A DNA stretch of 64,000 nt from contig NC_135258.1 of assembly GCF_964204865.1 (NCBI RefSeq), positions 9,486,001 to 9,550,000 on the forward strand, in the 5' to 3' direction. Below, piece after piece: positions 12,551 to 28,109 of the stretch (positions are counted from its first letter, which is position 1; every line of letters starts with the position of its first letter). The notes below the pieces were generated by a model that was not told where the DNA came from, ran no database searches, and saw only the letters and a list, made by a program, of their open reading frames with translations. Source of the DNA: Styela clava. Lineage: Eukaryota. Position numbers and translations under genes: made by a program.

Positions 12551-15500
12551 TTAGTATTCAGCTAAATCATGCGGTGTTATGCTCACAGCGTTTGAATTGC
12601 AGGAAGGAATTCGAACCGTTATTGATCTTCTGCCGGATGCCACTGATTCCGTTTGAATCCGAGGTAGTTTCAGAAGTTTCTTCTGAGACAATTCACGAGC
12701 AGATTTCATCAATTTTTTCAGTGATTTACTCTTTATTTGATACAAAGAAACTGGATTTTGTCTTCGCACTTCTATAGCATTAAAATGCCTCGCATTCATA
12801 ATATCATCCCAATACATAGATCTGTAATTTGCTACAGGAGTAGGCATTGGGCCTCCAAAGTCTTGATCTCTAAATAAGACTGACATATTCTCTCGTTTAC
12901 GAAGTTCACAAAAATAAGGTTCATTGCATGTCCGTGATGTGTAATTTCGACATGTTGTATACAGCTCCTTCTTGAAACTTTGCTTGTTTGACGAGATTTT
13001 GTAGCTATCCACCATTCCACCATGTTGTACACGTCTGGCTGGCTGGTTTACCCATCTGAAAGCAAGTGCTCCGTACCTATACATATAAATACAAATTTCA
13101 TTTCAAACTAAGCATATGATTAGCGTTTTCAGTACTCAAACAAAATAATTAAGTTTCGAATATGCAAGCTTGGTGTGAAGTACGTTCGCTGCGCAATGGC
13201 TCAAAATCCGTAGATAGCACTGAACATTATCAGAGTCGATGCAAAGTAATAGGAAATATGCAAACAGGAAATCGTACTGCAGGTTTTCAAATATAAAATT
13301 TTCTACTGCATTGATGGCAAAGGATTGATTTATCGACATCTTCCGAGAGAAATACAGAAAGAACAAAATAAAATCACTAAGAAAAAAAAAATGATAAGTG
13401 GGCATATATATCACCTGCTTTCTGCTGTGTATTTTGAACATGTTTGTGCTCCATGTCTACCAGGAAGAGGACAAATTATCGTCTGCTTTTCATTTGTCTT
13501 TGTCGCTTCGTTATCGTTGGATTTGACTATGTAATCAGTAGCTAGTCTTTCACCTGGTGATGTAGCGTATACATTCTTGGGCAACGTGCCACCGCCAACG
13601 ATTTCTTTTGGAATCGGAGGAAGCGTCAGACGTTTCTTAATGTTGTCCTGATTTCCAGAATTTGTTTTACGAGAACCTGACAAAAATTGCGAAATGTCCA
13701 AAATACACGACATACAATTCTTTGTCATCGCTTTTCTCTTTAACTACTGGAACAATTGCTTTGAAATTTTCAGTGATTAAAAAGACTGTTGTTGTCGCTA
13801 GAAGGCTATTACTCTTATTTATTCTTAAAGTTCTATGAATCCTATGAGATCTGATATTTTATCCGAAATTTCGCTGAAATGTTTTTTATCCTTGGGAACA
13901 CGGTTTTTAATCCGCCAAGCGGCTGTTTTACGTTTTGATTTTGCAAAATCTTGCGACGCGAATGTCAGAAATTTTTCGATATCGATGACGCATACTGGCC
14001 ACACAACACTGTTAATGATTTAATACTATAGTTGTCAGTCGAATAATTTAGCATTTCAGGTTGGCACAAGACGCGTAAATCATCAATGCCAAAGGATCTG
14101 GTAGCCAGGGCATTTCGGGGTACTAGCAAGATGGCCCACAGTGTCAGCTTTTTCCAGGATATAGTTTTTGGGGAAATCATGGGTAAAATACTTCGTTTCC
14201 CTCAAAACCCCTTTCAATCTTATCCCTTTCTTCTACAAATACTAGTATTAGAAGAAGGCCTACCGGATATTGTAACGGCAGCGTATATGCTGTGGAAATT
14301 ACCTACATTTTACTTGCTTCAATCTCTTGAGGCTGGATCTCCAATCACTGCTGACAACATCCGTCGACCGTTGGTCAGTATATGTATATCCAGAATCTTG
14401 ATAAACCAAACTGCTTTTTTTATATTTGTGTATTTTTGTTGAAACAGCATTCGTTGAGCACCTGAATTTGGATAAAAAAATGATAACCAATTATCAAAAA
14501 TTATAACCAATCTATGTAAAATACAACAATGGAGTAAAGAGAATAAAACAAAGTGTTGTATATTTTGAAAAGTATTCCTTTTTGTTCCATTTTGCATTTA
14601 TTTGGGGGTTGCTAACTTACTTTTCCTCGTCTTGATCGGTTGATTGCAAAACGTTTGTTGATACCGATCCACCAAGAGCGCTGTCAAGTGGACGATTTGA
14701 AAATATAGCTGCAAAGGAATGACTGGTTTAACGAAAGTTTATTGCTTGAAGATTATTACAAGAAATCATAATAAAGCTGTACATTATATTCGAAATATTG
14801 GAACATTTTTGTTTTCCTCACATGTATGTTTGTTCAATTCAATAGGTCGGTAGTAGAAGAATCATAAAAATCAGAGATGCTGACTTCGGTATTTAGACAA
14901 ATTGCCTCCTCCGCTACTACACCATAAGACTGGACTGCTGACTATTCATTTTATGACATCGGGCTTTATTTTGTGCGTAACACACGAATTGTATCATAGT
15001 TAATTCGTACTAAACTTACTAAGATCCTAAGTACCTGATGCTGGTTGACGAATGTCATTTACATCAGGAAGAGACGCCATAGTGGATAAATGATGTTTAT
15101 CGGGAAGCATTGGCAATCGAAATCCAGCCGTATTTCCACTATCGGAAACATCTTCTGCAAAATGTGAGGATGCAGAAATCGGCGGAGTTGGAGTCAGAGT
15201 TGTATCCGATAAATAACATTTGGATTCGTTAGATGAATTTTCAGCAACTCCAGTATCTGGCATGTTCTGTAATGTACTCTCTTTTTCTGAAGATACCTGG
15301 CTGATTGAAATGTGCTGTGGCTTTGCTAGACTTTCTGAAGCTAAAATAGAATTATTTTTTGAAATTGTTTCCGTCGAGTATTGTTCAGAACGACCAGGTT
15401 TATATTCAACATTAACAACAGGAGATTGATTGTCTTTAGTCTCTGGCATGTCCACCGATAATTGTGCGTTCGACATTGCATTGGTATACCTTGCGTGTTC

Positions 15501-18500
15501 TTCGGCCATATTTTGTCTGCTATTCACTGTTGTGACGTTATATTGCGACCGTGACAAATTTGCTTCTTGTGATGAAGGTTGACTCATTACACTTATTGTA
15601 GTGTCATCAAATGATTCTTGGCTAAACTTAGTCGAACGCTTTTTTGACAAATGTTCTTCGGCACTATCAGATGCTGTGCTGTAAGGTATGTCCACAGATC
15701 CAAATATTGAGGTTTTTTTCACATGTATTGGTTCGCATATCAGTTCGATCTCCGACTTAGGACCTTCTTTTACATGAATTGTTGCTCTCCGAGAAACCTC
15801 ATTGTCCGGTATAGGAATCCTTTTTGTTTGCGACAAACGTGTTGATATCTTGTCACAAGACACTTTCTCTGTTTGATCCAAACTCCGGCTATTGGTTGAC
15901 CCAATAGTTGAGGATTGATTCGAAGGTTCATGATGTGAAATACGTCGAGTTTCATTTTGTGAAGAACGCCGCCGTTGCATTCGAACTGCCGTTTGTACCG
16001 TTTTCATTGTTCGCATCATTTTGATTGTACGTTTTGTTTCCTCTGGAATTGCTTTTTTCCAATTAATTTTTGGATAGTTCGTGAATGGTTTGCCACCTTC
16101 ATACGGCCTACAAAAACAGATGGCAATTATTGAAGGAAAAAGTATATATTAAAAAGGGCGGCCTGAAAGTACGATGCTATTTAATTTTAATCACATGAGA
16201 AATTTTTAATTATCGTTGACTGTTGACCTTAATAGCCAAAGATTTCACTCCGATGTTATTCAGAAATTAATTATTATTACAGTTTACAGTTTTTGTTTTT
16301 ATGTGAAGATTTGATGACAGGGTTGTAAACATCATTTTTGATTTGATCGAGTTGTGAGAGTATTACGATAGCTTGCCGACAACAAATTCCAGTAAATGAG
16401 TTTGTGCGGAGAATAATCGACAAAATTAATGACCGTCATCTATTCTAATAAAAAAATCATATACAAAACTAAAAAATTTCCGATTTTTCAAGTAGGTTTA
16501 TTGGGTTAATTAATTCAAATGAATAGGACTACTAACCTCTCTATAACCTCTTCTTTTTCCACCGTGAACTTTTTTCTTTCTCTTGCCTCTTTCGGTTGAA
16601 ATCTCATATTTCTTTTTCTTTCCGCAGAGTTTGAATCTCGTCTAAATCTGGTCGTTTTACCAGCTGACCCTTCAGAGCTCACACTTTCCCCATCTCCAGC
16701 AGCAACAAAGTGTTCATCGTCTCCGGTTGTTGAATCTTTATTCTTACTGCTGGTTTTAAACGTGCTTGTGCTTGATGTTTTTTCGCTATTTTTGTCTTTA
16801 GGCAAGCTGGATTTTCTGCTCGAGACTTTGTTGCTTGATATACTGCTCGAGTATTGAGTTTGAGATCGGGATTCTTCATCATCTACACTTTGCCTTCTCT
16901 GAGATATAACAAGATTTAATCGTTCTGCCATCCTTGGAGCGTTCGCAAGAGTGAAAAGACCCTGAATAAAGCATAACCAATAATAAACATAAAGAGCTTG
17001 TTCCCATTTGCCTTTTTTTTAGCCTCCAAAGAATTATGATCATTTATTTTGTTTAGGTAAAGTGATGAAATACTCCAAATAAAATGATCACTCACTGTTT
17101 TTACTCTTTGTAGAAGTGAATGCAAACTCTCTTTTTCATTTTTCGAATGAGCTTCAGGTGGCATTACCACGTCATCTCCGACTATACTTCGAAGTTTTGA
17201 TGCCAGTTTATCCCAGGAATCGATGTTTAGTTTTTCAGTAAGGATTCTGTGAATAGGAAGTGATTGATATACCCAATAGTTGACTCTAGTTGACAAATAA
17301 CCATTAGACAATATTGAAATAACAATAATTTTGTAAATGGAACAACAGTAACAACCACTATGGTTCTGTTTTTTTGTCTGACAACAATGACCGTGATATG
17401 GTTTTATTGGTTTGCTCTCGTTATAGCATATAAGCCTTTATTTTAATTATTTCTCTCTGTCTCCCAAATTCTCTTAAAATTTTTTTTGCGTCTGAAGATT
17501 GTAAACTCCTTGACAGCATCTTTCTAGTTTTTGCTTCTTTCCAATTTCTTGCCTAAAACCCATCTATTTGTATCGGTATTTCTCGATTTCTCAATCTACC
17601 ATTTATCGAATAGGGTCCTCACACACCTCAACACGTAAAAAACATCAAGTTTTTGTGCTATGCTGTTTCGAATATCAATATTTTCCAACCTACAGTCGTA
17701 TATATTTATTGTACTGTTTATAAAATGAGTCTAATGTAACTGGCTTTTGTAATTCACGAGTTGTGAATGATGGATCTTTTGATATGATACTGTTTCATTC
17801 AAGTCCTCACAATGTAAACATAGTTGTTCCATAGTTGTGATATTATACTACTAAATACGAAGGTAAGTTTCTATTAATATAAATCGGTATTTATGTTTGA
17901 GGGTTAAATCAAATATACGCCTAGCCCGAAGAATCGGAAATATGTTTGCTTTCGATTAATAAATCATTATTGTAACGTTCTTAGATAATCCATGTCAGTA
18001 CAAAGCGGCAAATGTTTGCGCGAAGGGGCAACCACATTTTTCCATCTAATACTTGAGTGTAAAGTAGGGTGAAAGGATTTTTTTGACACGAAGTGGACCT
18101 ATACATCGTTTCGGTATTATGTTGTTGTTGTTAGAATTCTTTTTTCTGGCTGTTATGCTTTTCTATTCAATTACTGGACCGATTGTTTTAAATTTTTCAG
18201 TGGTTAAAGATTGTTGTCGCTAGAAGGCTATTGCTTTTATTTATTTCAAAAATTTCTGTGAACTCTAGGTCTAAGAGATTCATTTTTTGTGTGTGTGATG
18301 ACCTCATCAAAATTGATTTTTATGAACAAACCATGACCGATGTATCACGTAAGTTTGAAATTTTGGTGTTATTTGTGATATATTTGCTTAAAATATACGT
18401 TTATGAGCATCTGAGCCTCTAAAAGCGACTTGGTTTGTAGTTTATGTTACCAATAATAATGCGAAGTCTTACTTCATCGCCTTTTTCTTTATGTCTTCAT

Positions 18501-21500
18501 TTTCATCTGCTGATAGTCTTAGAATTCCACACGAAATTTCTTCAGACATTCCAATTCCAGCATCAATGGCATCGAGAGCATTGTGAGCAAGTTGAACTCT
18601 GTTCGGATTTTTCTTCCTGCTTTCTTCTATTTCTCGTTTTATTTCTTCACTTTGAACTCCCGTCATGCTGAATCTCGGAGTAAGGTAAGACGCGATAAAA
18701 AGTTCTATTCGGTCTATAATATCATCGCTAAGAATATTGCCAAATTCGCCTCTGTCTGTTCCCGTTGGTCCAAACGCTCTGACAAGTCTGGTTAAGTTTT
18801 CACATGCTTTTTCGTGAGCCACCACTCTTGTAGTGTTACCCATTTCCAAAAGTGCGACAGTCACTGTTCCTGCTGTAACATTCGACAGTTTTTTCCTGAA
18901 CCACAACGCTTTTGTGATTTCCTAGATTGAAAATGAAAAAAGAATGTGAATTTATTAAAATGAATGATTTTCAATCAGATTTTTTGATTGCGGAAAACAC
19001 AATATCTTGTTGTAGGCCTACATTAGTCAAAATGGAACAATTAACAAATTTAAACTTTGTTTATTTCAACTCGTTAAAACTTCATCCACATGCACGTGGT
19101 TTGTATATTTCAAATTGATCGTTCACCTGAACCAACTAACCTCGAGTAAAGGATGAATTGTTATGACATCTTTAACTTTTAATTTGTCCGTTCTGGTTTT
19201 GAGTAGTTTTGCTTTCATGTCAGGTTTTGTTCGCAACGTAGATGGTGCTTTTCTTGGTTGTACTGTCTGCATTTCAACAGCTACAGTTTCCTGCATCATT
19301 CTGGACATTGCTGAAAACGATTCCTTAGCGGGAAGAAGCACCACAGGATCAACAATATCTTCTGTTTGTTCCTCTTCTTCATTTTGGGAATCTGCGTACA
19401 ATCCACGTACTTGGGAAGTATATTTTGGAACTCTTCCTTTGCCTTTACGTTGCTCGAAAGTAACTACTCGTTCTTTTTCGCTGGGGGATTCTAGGGTGTT
19501 TCCCAATCTTCGAAAAGTATGATCTTTACCTGATGATCGAGTTGTTTGCCTAGAATACTTTTCGAAATCGCTGTAATCGTCGTCTTCATCGATGTCTGTT
19601 GCTTCTTCTTTTTGCTGATTCATGTAGTATTGCTGCAAAATGGATTCCGCGTTTTCCAAATCGAAGTCACTTCCTGCCAGCATTATAGACGTACGCATCA
19701 TGCTCAAAGTCGATTCTTCATAATTCAATGTGGCGGTACTGGCCTCAGCAGCAGCAGCGGTTGCCCAATGAATATTATCTGTTGCGACTTCTTTTAATTT
19801 AAATATTTCAGCTTGGATTTCGGGCGGAGGTGGTGGCGGCTTCACGCGCTTTCTCACTATTGAATTTGGAACGTATCCATCTGGTGCTACTGGAAATTTA
19901 GGTTGTTTTTCTTCATTCGTGTCCTGTTTTTCATTCCCCTCTTTTTTTGAAAGTTCAGACATGCTATTAACACCTCCAGTATCACCACTACTAAAATCGG
20001 ATTTTGAAGTAGAAAAATCTCGCGTATCTGTGTCATCATGCTTTATTTCATTTTGCTCAATTTTCTTCAAAAATTCTGCAATTTTCTCTTCGTCTTCGAA
20101 CATTGCTATTGATCCTCTTTTAATTTCTTCATTAATTTTTGAAAATAAATCCTTCCAAAGTTCTGTCCGAGTTCCTGCCCGATGCTGTAATAACAAACAA
20201 ATGGGTATACTATCTACTACACATTGACATTTAAAATAAAGTTTTTCTTCACTGTTGAGTTTGTTGTTTTGTGATGTTATCGATCGACAGTAGACAGAGA
20301 TCACGAATTCATGTATATTCTTAGTTAATTTGATTCGATTCTTTCATTCATCCATTCCAAAAATTTATAATATTATCCTATATTTTATTACCGGGTTAGC
20401 AAACAAGATATATATATTGGTGCCATTTTTATTATATTTTCCAGCTTTAACAGTCTGTGGAGGGCAAGGGTTGAGTAAATATGGTAGATGTGACAAATGA
20501 AATAATAACTAGGTGCAAATAATGTTCTAAATTGATATTTCCTCCGAAATAAACGAGAATGAAATAGCAGTCATATTCAGTCTAGAGCACTTTCATTAAC
20601 ATGCTTGTTAACCGTAGTTGTTGTCGATATAGAAATATAAAGTTAACAAAATGCTAGATCATTATATTGATTTCTTCCCTGTAGTCTGTATACATGTTAT
20701 ATTGCTTTAATGTTTGGAGCCTGGTTTGAGCAAACTCAAAAATTAACGAAAAAGATGAAAAACAACATGTTTAATCTATATGTGAAGTGTACTACTGTAA
20801 AAAATTTGGTTAGATGAGAGCAACGATGTTTGGCTAAGTAAAAGTAGTTCGTCCCATAACGACTCACTTGCTCTTGTACTTGCTTGCTTTCGTCCGAAGT
20901 TGAATCATTCTTTCTCGGCATTGTAGCATTAAGAAGGTCAAAATAGTCCAAAGGTTTTGGTGATGGCAAACCTATAGCGACGTCACTACGATCTAATCTC
21001 CTTGAACTGTATTTATCAGCGATCATAAAACGTCTGTGGAAATATAATAAAATATTAACCAGCTGTAGACTGCGGCATACCATTAGTCATTTGGAGACAG
21101 TGCTCTGTTAGTCTTTCTTCGTTCCTTTTATTCAATTTTTAAAAGTTGTACATCATGTACTGGAAACGTATACTTAGCAACTCATTACGCTGCCTCGCTT
21201 TGTTTGCATTGAGATTTTTTATGCAAGAGGGTTTGCAACAATTACTGATAAATTTGAGTAACATTTTCGGTTCTATATAAATACATGTGAGTGAATTAAA
21301 AAATAAAAATTCAAATCAATCGAAGCAGATGTGACCCTAGCGCCATATCTAGAAAAGGTACAAGAAAAAATTGTATGTAAAGTTAGATTTATAGAAATTT
21401 CCCAAATAGTGTGCAAGCAATAGCAAATGAAATACCAGTAATGCACGGAAAACGACAATAAAAACCTTTCAAAGATAAATACAAATGTTAAAAATTAGTA

Positions 21501-24500
21501 AAAATATTCGTTGGCACAGCAAAGTTCGCAATTTTAACGCAGAATACCTCGAGAAAGACAAGCAGGTTTAATGGATGATAATGCGCGAGAAAATTGCATG
21601 TATTGTGGGTTATCTGGCATAAAGCTTAAATTCAAAAAGTAACTTGTTATGTGAAATCAATGCCCATTTAATCTTTCGTTAAATTAAATCTACTTATGAT
21701 CCAACATGAATGCTGTGAACCTGATATTTTCTTCAACCATTTCATCTGGTACCAATTGTCTCATGTTACCCATGAGCTGAATTGTTGGAAGGTTTTCTAT
21801 CTTGGATATGACGCTTATGTCATCGTCGTATTTTAAAGCCGCCTCGTTTGCCATGTCCTCAAATTTTAAGTCGGCTATTTGCCGTTCTGTTATTAAAGTC
21901 CTCGTCAGAAAAGTTGAACATTCAATGGCATAGATTCTTCCTTCCAATGCCACAAGAAGATCTCGTCCATTAACGAAACTTATTGCTGTAACTGGATTTG
22001 GCAGGAAGCAAAGTTCCCTCAATAACCTACAATGTAAAATACTGAAGTTAGGATCTGTTCATTTTGATGAATGATTATCATCATTTTATACCACATTTAA
22101 CAAAAAACTAGAAGGCTGGAACAGGTCATAATTTAATTCAAAGAGCGTATCAGTGGAGATTTGCTTTGTTTTACAAATTTCGTCAAATACAATCATCATG
22201 TTATGCTTATTTAGTGCGAATAGGATGATGAACGTTTTACGTCTAGCGAAGTGAAACGAAAATTTTGCACTTGTGAAGTTGCATAGACAACACCTCTATT
22301 TGTGTGTTTTGACGCCTATAACCAAAGACCAAAAAAAAACGACAAATTGCATCATTGTATGAGCTAATGAATTTCGGATATGCTATTTTAAATATAATCA
22401 CCTTTATATAAATAAAAAAGACATCAATATGTTCGGTATATCCGTATTGTGACCTTTTGTTGACGAAACTGTGTTCGCAAGACACACCCTGAGTATATTT
22501 TACCTGTTCATTTCATCCCATATTTTAACGTAACCGTCCACACTTGCGCTTGCAAAGAATCTAAGACCCGGAGAACTGGATAATGCTGTGATCCTGCCTT
22601 TGTGATCGTCTTCCGGGTTGTGAGTATGAATTAAGTTACTTCTTTCTTTCATGCGTAACAGATTTCCTACACTTTGATTAGCTGTAAGATATGTCGACAG
22701 TCTATGCTTTTCCAAAGCTGCTTCAATGGCGATTCGTTCATTTCGACTAAGTTTTGAGAAGTCAAGTTTCTGTGAAATTTGCATGATGGTTGGCAGTTGC
22801 ATTCTATTTTAATATTATTCTCGAGATTTATATAAAGAGGATTTTCGAAGTGGCATAAATGCAAAATTTACCAGTTTATGCAAATGATCAGTTGAGTGAA
22901 ATAGACAACATTGTGTCACGAGACACTCCAACCCTTTTATTATTTATAATATATAAAGATGTTGAACATGGGGTTTATATACCCTAGCTTTCCTTCTGCG
23001 ACACCGACTTAGAAAGACATAACACGCACGCAATCTTTTGTACGTATGAGCTTTTTTACCTTTTCGTCTTCGTCGATTAGATAACGTTGTATTTTATCTG
23101 CAGCATTTGAAACGTAAGATATTTCTTTCTCTTCTCGTGGTGATGGTTCAGATTTTCTCGTAATTTCAATGATAACTATGTGACTATCTTCTCTCACCAA
23201 ACACAGTCTATCGCTAATTGCAGCTACAAACACTGGATGAAGACACTGTCCAGGTAGAAAGACTTTCGTAACAGGCTGCAGCGTGAATTCGAATTCAGTA
23301 ACTTTTCCACGATTTGCTGGTGGTTGACCAAAAAAATCTGTTTTCAAAAGAACCTTCCAGATTCGTATACTACTCGCACCAACGCTGAATACTTGGTCGT
23401 CGCAATGTGCAAAATCTGTAAAGTTTGAATATGAATGTATAATCAGAAGTGTTTTGATTTTCTTGGTTAAATATAGAGCGTTGAGAAATTCCTCAAATTT
23501 TCAGCGGGGCGTTTCAATGTATATAGTTTTCGAAAGCGGTATTCTTCACTGTTAATGGAAATTATTTTGTAAATGGGTACCAACCTTCTTGCTTGCTTGT
23601 ATATACATTTTCAGTTGTCAATAGAAATCGCACTGCACCAGCGTGGGCCTGCACATTATTCATCCAAATCATATTAGGTCTGACCAGAACGATTTGACCA
23701 TTACATAATCCTGCAATGATAGCAGTTACTGGAGTGGATTTGTCTCGAAATTTTATCCGAACAGATGCAAGACTGCACACATCTTCATCAAACGTTATGG
23801 CAGGTACAAATCGCTGCAGAGGAACTGACGGATTACTAGTGCAATCACATTGTAATATGCTTCCATCCTGTAGCTTGATATAACTCATTCCAGAATATAT
23901 ATCAAATGTAATATCGGTGAATATCTGAAGAAATGTACGTCACAAAATAAAGTAGTTAAGACAGGTATAAATAAATTTACCAAAAACATTTCACTTAAAT
24001 ACTTCGTTGAGAAATAGTTTACAAATCTCGTCGTATCAAATCGTACCTGGAACGTTGTCATCGGATATATCATGGTAAGCATGAGTCCTGTATTTGGTGA
24101 AAGAATTGCTACAGATCCATCCGATAAAGCAGCAAGAATTCTTCCTTGACGTGAAAATGATACATCTCCACTGATTGGACAGAGTGTTGCCGGAGTTGAG
24201 TGAGGAATTGAATATATTGAGTAGAGATTGTGGTAATAGTAGAGGCTAATCTAAATGAAGTTTATCAGTAAGTTTACAATGTTTTATAGGCACCAGACAA
24301 CTAGACACACTGAATGAATCCAGATATACCATTCTCAATAAAGTGAAATGATATCCAATATATATTCAGTTTCAGCTTATTTATTTTACCTTCATTCAGA
24401 ACATTTGCACACAACTAAATTGTTTAATTTTCTCATACTATAACTTTCTGTTGGGAATTAAATAGAGATTGTTTGTTCTGTTCATTTAGCTTTAAAGAAA

Positions 24501-27500
24501 GTCGCTGTTTGGAAATTATCATAGACTCAAATGAGAACGCATGAGAACGCGCGTCTAAAAAAACAGCCACATTTTTGTGCTACCGATTTATAAACATTCT
24601 GAAATCTTAATATAAGCATACTTACCTGGTGATAGAAAAAAACTCGGAGTGGCATTAACCTCACCTTTCTCTTGCTATGTAGAAAGAAAGAATTGCTGCT
24701 GTCACTCAGGGTTATGTTTTCAATCAATTGACATGTATCTATTCGCTGATTTTCCCGAAATGTTTCAAGACACCAAATTCGAATTGAACCATCTTTTGAT
24801 GAACTGATAAGAATCGGGTGTTTGCTGTGGGCTACAAGACCAGTAACTGCCAAACGGTGACCGAGAAGTGTAGTGACTGTGCCGAAATTAACCTGTTGGT
24901 TTGGAACAAATAAAAACAATCTCAATAAATCCGTTTCGATTCACACTGTAAATTACTCAGCTGCCTGATTATCTCATGTCAAAATCAAATATTATTTAGA
25001 TTTTAGATAATTCGTCACGTGAAGCACAAAAAAATAATACAAAAACAAAGCAAGATAAAAAAAGCAAAAACTCACCATGTGCATTATCTGAATCATACCT
25101 TCTCCGCCTCCTGTAATAAAGTATCCGAACCGAGGAAAAAAGTCACAAACAGTAAATGAAACATGGCCCTTTATGACGTAATTAGAATGGATATTTTGAG
25201 CTGAATCATCTGCAAAAATGAAAAAACGCATTTAGGTTATATTATAATAGAGCATAACAAAAGAGCAATGCGCAAATATATATATATAGGCAAAACATAA
25301 AATGATACCACAGTGTCTGCGAAATATCAGCCAATTATGGAAAGAATTGCACGGGATGCCAAAAAACAATGTTTTCGTGAATTGAGCAGTTCCATTGGAT
25401 CCGGAGCGCTTTTTCACCACAAAAACAACAACAACAATATAGCAAGACCACTCAAGACAAAAAAATATACAAACAGTAAATAAAAATTCGTACCTTCAGG
25501 TACAGATTCTTTATCTGTTTTATCCCCAATTATAAAAGGCAGAGGACTTTGCAGCCTAACGCTCCATATCTGAAACACATCAACATTCTAGACTCTTATC
25601 AAATACATGAACAATTTTCATAATTATAAAACCTGGATAGTTTCATAAATAATCTGCAATATTTAGTAGCATAAAACAGAATATTTTAAGACGCCGCCAT
25701 ATCGTCAGAATGGCGACAGACAACGCGCTATGCAACTAATTATTTTTGTACATTTTATGATCCACCTGTTCTCGTGTCATATAATCAATTGCAACTATTA
25801 CATCCGCACTTGTGGCCACCAGCACGTGTCTCGATCCTCCAGCAACACTTCCTCTCGTATTTGACTCATTGTATATTCTCATGTTGAGGACCCATTCATT
25901 TCTCATGACGTCACATTCATACGGGTGACAAGGCTTGAAATATTTTTATAAATAAATGTTGTACTTTAAAAACAAAAGTTGGTATTTTTATTAAAATTAA
26001 AATTTTTACCTGCAGCATTTGTCTTCCTTGTCCGAATTCGGTATGTGTTGTATCTGGTATTCCACCACGGCCCTTGGAGCTGCTTTGCTTGGTTCTTTTT
26101 CCCGTTGCTGTCTTCTTTTCCTGCGCTTTATCAAGCATATTAAATACAAAAAATAATGGGACAAAGTGCTATGTTTGAGTGCTCATTTATACAAAAATTA
26201 GTAAACACTAAGATAACGCAAATATGGAACACATTAACGCATTTCAGTTTGATATTTGGAACTAAAATTGGCTTCCCGATACTTGTCTTGAACAAAATGT
26301 ACACAAACTACAGGAAGAATATAAGACCTTCGTTCTGTTCTAACCACACTTATAGTCGGGGCAATTAAAAGACTTATCAACTGTTTTCATATTGCTAAAT
26401 TTATATTACGTTTCTTACTCACGTACCACCTGATTTCTTGTCGGTTCCTTTTCTCCTAGGGTTAGAAAATCTAATTTTCCAAGGTTGTATAACGCCGATT
26501 CCTCCAGTGACAACCTCATCTGTTTCATCCAGATAGACCATACTGAGTACCGGCATTGCACAACATGTTGGTGCAGACAAAATCTGACAACGATTTCTTG
26601 TGTCAGAGAAAACTCTCATGTTTTTGTCGCTGCTTATTCCAACAAACAATCTGTGGCAAAAATATTGAAAAAGACCTTGATTATTTTATTCGTAAAATCA
26701 GGGATTTTGCCAATCTGACTACACTTTACTAACACTGAGCAAAATATTAAGAGTTTTAAGAGAAATATTAAGAGAATAAGATGAATTAAATTTGCCTATT
26801 CTATATTTCATTGTTATTATCCAATATTAGATTAGGTATTTATAAGTATTAGAGCGAACATTTTATTATCTCTCGAAATGCGTTCGAAAAAGCATTTTTC
26901 CAACCACCCTTTTTTAGTAACTCTTACTGGTATATCAGGATTGCCAATAAAGTACCCTGAGCGATATCAATGGGTATTCATTTTTGATTGCTATTTGTCT
27001 AGTTTTAACGAACCTGTGCTTTGATGCCCATACCAGATGTTGTAACGGTGGAATAGAAGAGAGATTAAATTCATTCTTACTTCCTGTGTGTTTCTTCAAT
27101 GTATCTGTCAAAAATGGTTTATCGCATGTAATCATCTTCATTAATTATAACAGTGTGAGTGTGTTTTTTTTATTCTCGCCAAAGTTTCTCTGGAAATTCC
27201 GAAAACTTAAAATATTACTAACACTAAAAAAATGCGCCACCATGTGGTAATTTGACTTCGTGGTTATATATTTATCTGTTGCTTTCTCGTTCTCAATTTA
27301 TAAAGTGTAATCGATACAAATAATATATATTACTGATCAAAAGTTTCATTTCTCACCATGCTCAGTATCTTCAGTTTGGGCATCTTTTCTGAATGGTGTC
27401 AATTGAAGAACATTGCTGTTTCCAAATCCAGAGTTCACTGATGTATTACGATAATTAGTTGAAAATGATATTAACAAATTGTATGCCATTGCATCATATG

Positions 27501-28109
27501 TATAAATGAAATATTACGCGTCATACGCTACTATTCCTAGTGCGCTACGTCCTGGCGTTGCGATCTATTGCAAGAATCGCGAGATAACCTATCGAGTAAA
27601 TCATTATTTTCCACTTGTTAGCTTGCTAGCAGGTATTGTACGTTAGATGCTTCTCCTAATTTTGTCCGAACTGCACCCCACTTGCCGGCAACGATATTAT
27701 GTATACTTGCCTGTTCTTTGCAGACAAACCATTGGAGCCTTTACCTGTAGGCCTACTTTAACATCAGTGATAACTGATTAGACGTTTTGACGATATCACT
27801 ATTCCGTGAGTGGTTGTCGTTCTTGATGGGTAGCTATTTAAACAAGATGAAAGTAACATCGAGTTGTGAATAAAACCAAGTTTGCTTACCTATGAACTCA
27901 TCTGTTAAGACATTGCTTCTATAAGCTGTACATCTAATACTGTCCCTGAATGCAAAACTTTTCTGATGATGGAATCCATGCGTTAAACAGAGAGATGGAT
28001 CGCGTTGTCTTGCGACGTCAGTTGGATGAGGATCTTCATGATATAATTTTTCGAACTCTTTTTGTATGATGTGCCATGGACGAAATTTTGGGTCAACAGA
28101 GTTTAACAT
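12551..28109 (-). CDS. Large multi-exon (~20+ exons) WD40-repeat protein with a long low-complexity/charged C-terminal half, WDR97/WDR87-like
   Basis: A chain of minus-strand exons with GT-AG ends: 27890-28109, 27357-27437, ~27013-27105, ~26423-26651, ~26010-26120, ~25077-25209, ~24665-24893, ~24047-24250, ~23580-23925, ~23030-23416, ~22504-22830, ~21694-22027, ~20868-21034, ~19126-20185, ~18473-18922, ~17096-17290, ~16537-16962, ~15032-16108, ~13415-13686, 12551-~13076. WD repeats include LLGHRLAVTGLVAHSKHPILISSSKDGSIRIW and HKGRITALSSSPGLRFFASASVDGYVKIWD. The N-terminal LTHG segment recalls WDR97. Internal boundaries are approximate. Confidence 0.8.
18082..18420 (-). mobile_element. Family A (HINE-like) element in a WD40-gene intron
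   Basis: Reverse-complement match to the family A termini and core (GACACGAAGTGGACCTAT...TTTCAGTGGTTAAAGATT...GCTAGAAGGCTATT). A partial copy also lies at ~13715-13870. Confidence 0.65.

Noticed and set aside
15220-20227. Plus-strand ORFs (15220, 18444, 18583, 19163, 19546, 19919)
   Set aside because: They are antisense shadows of large minus-strand WD40-gene exons.
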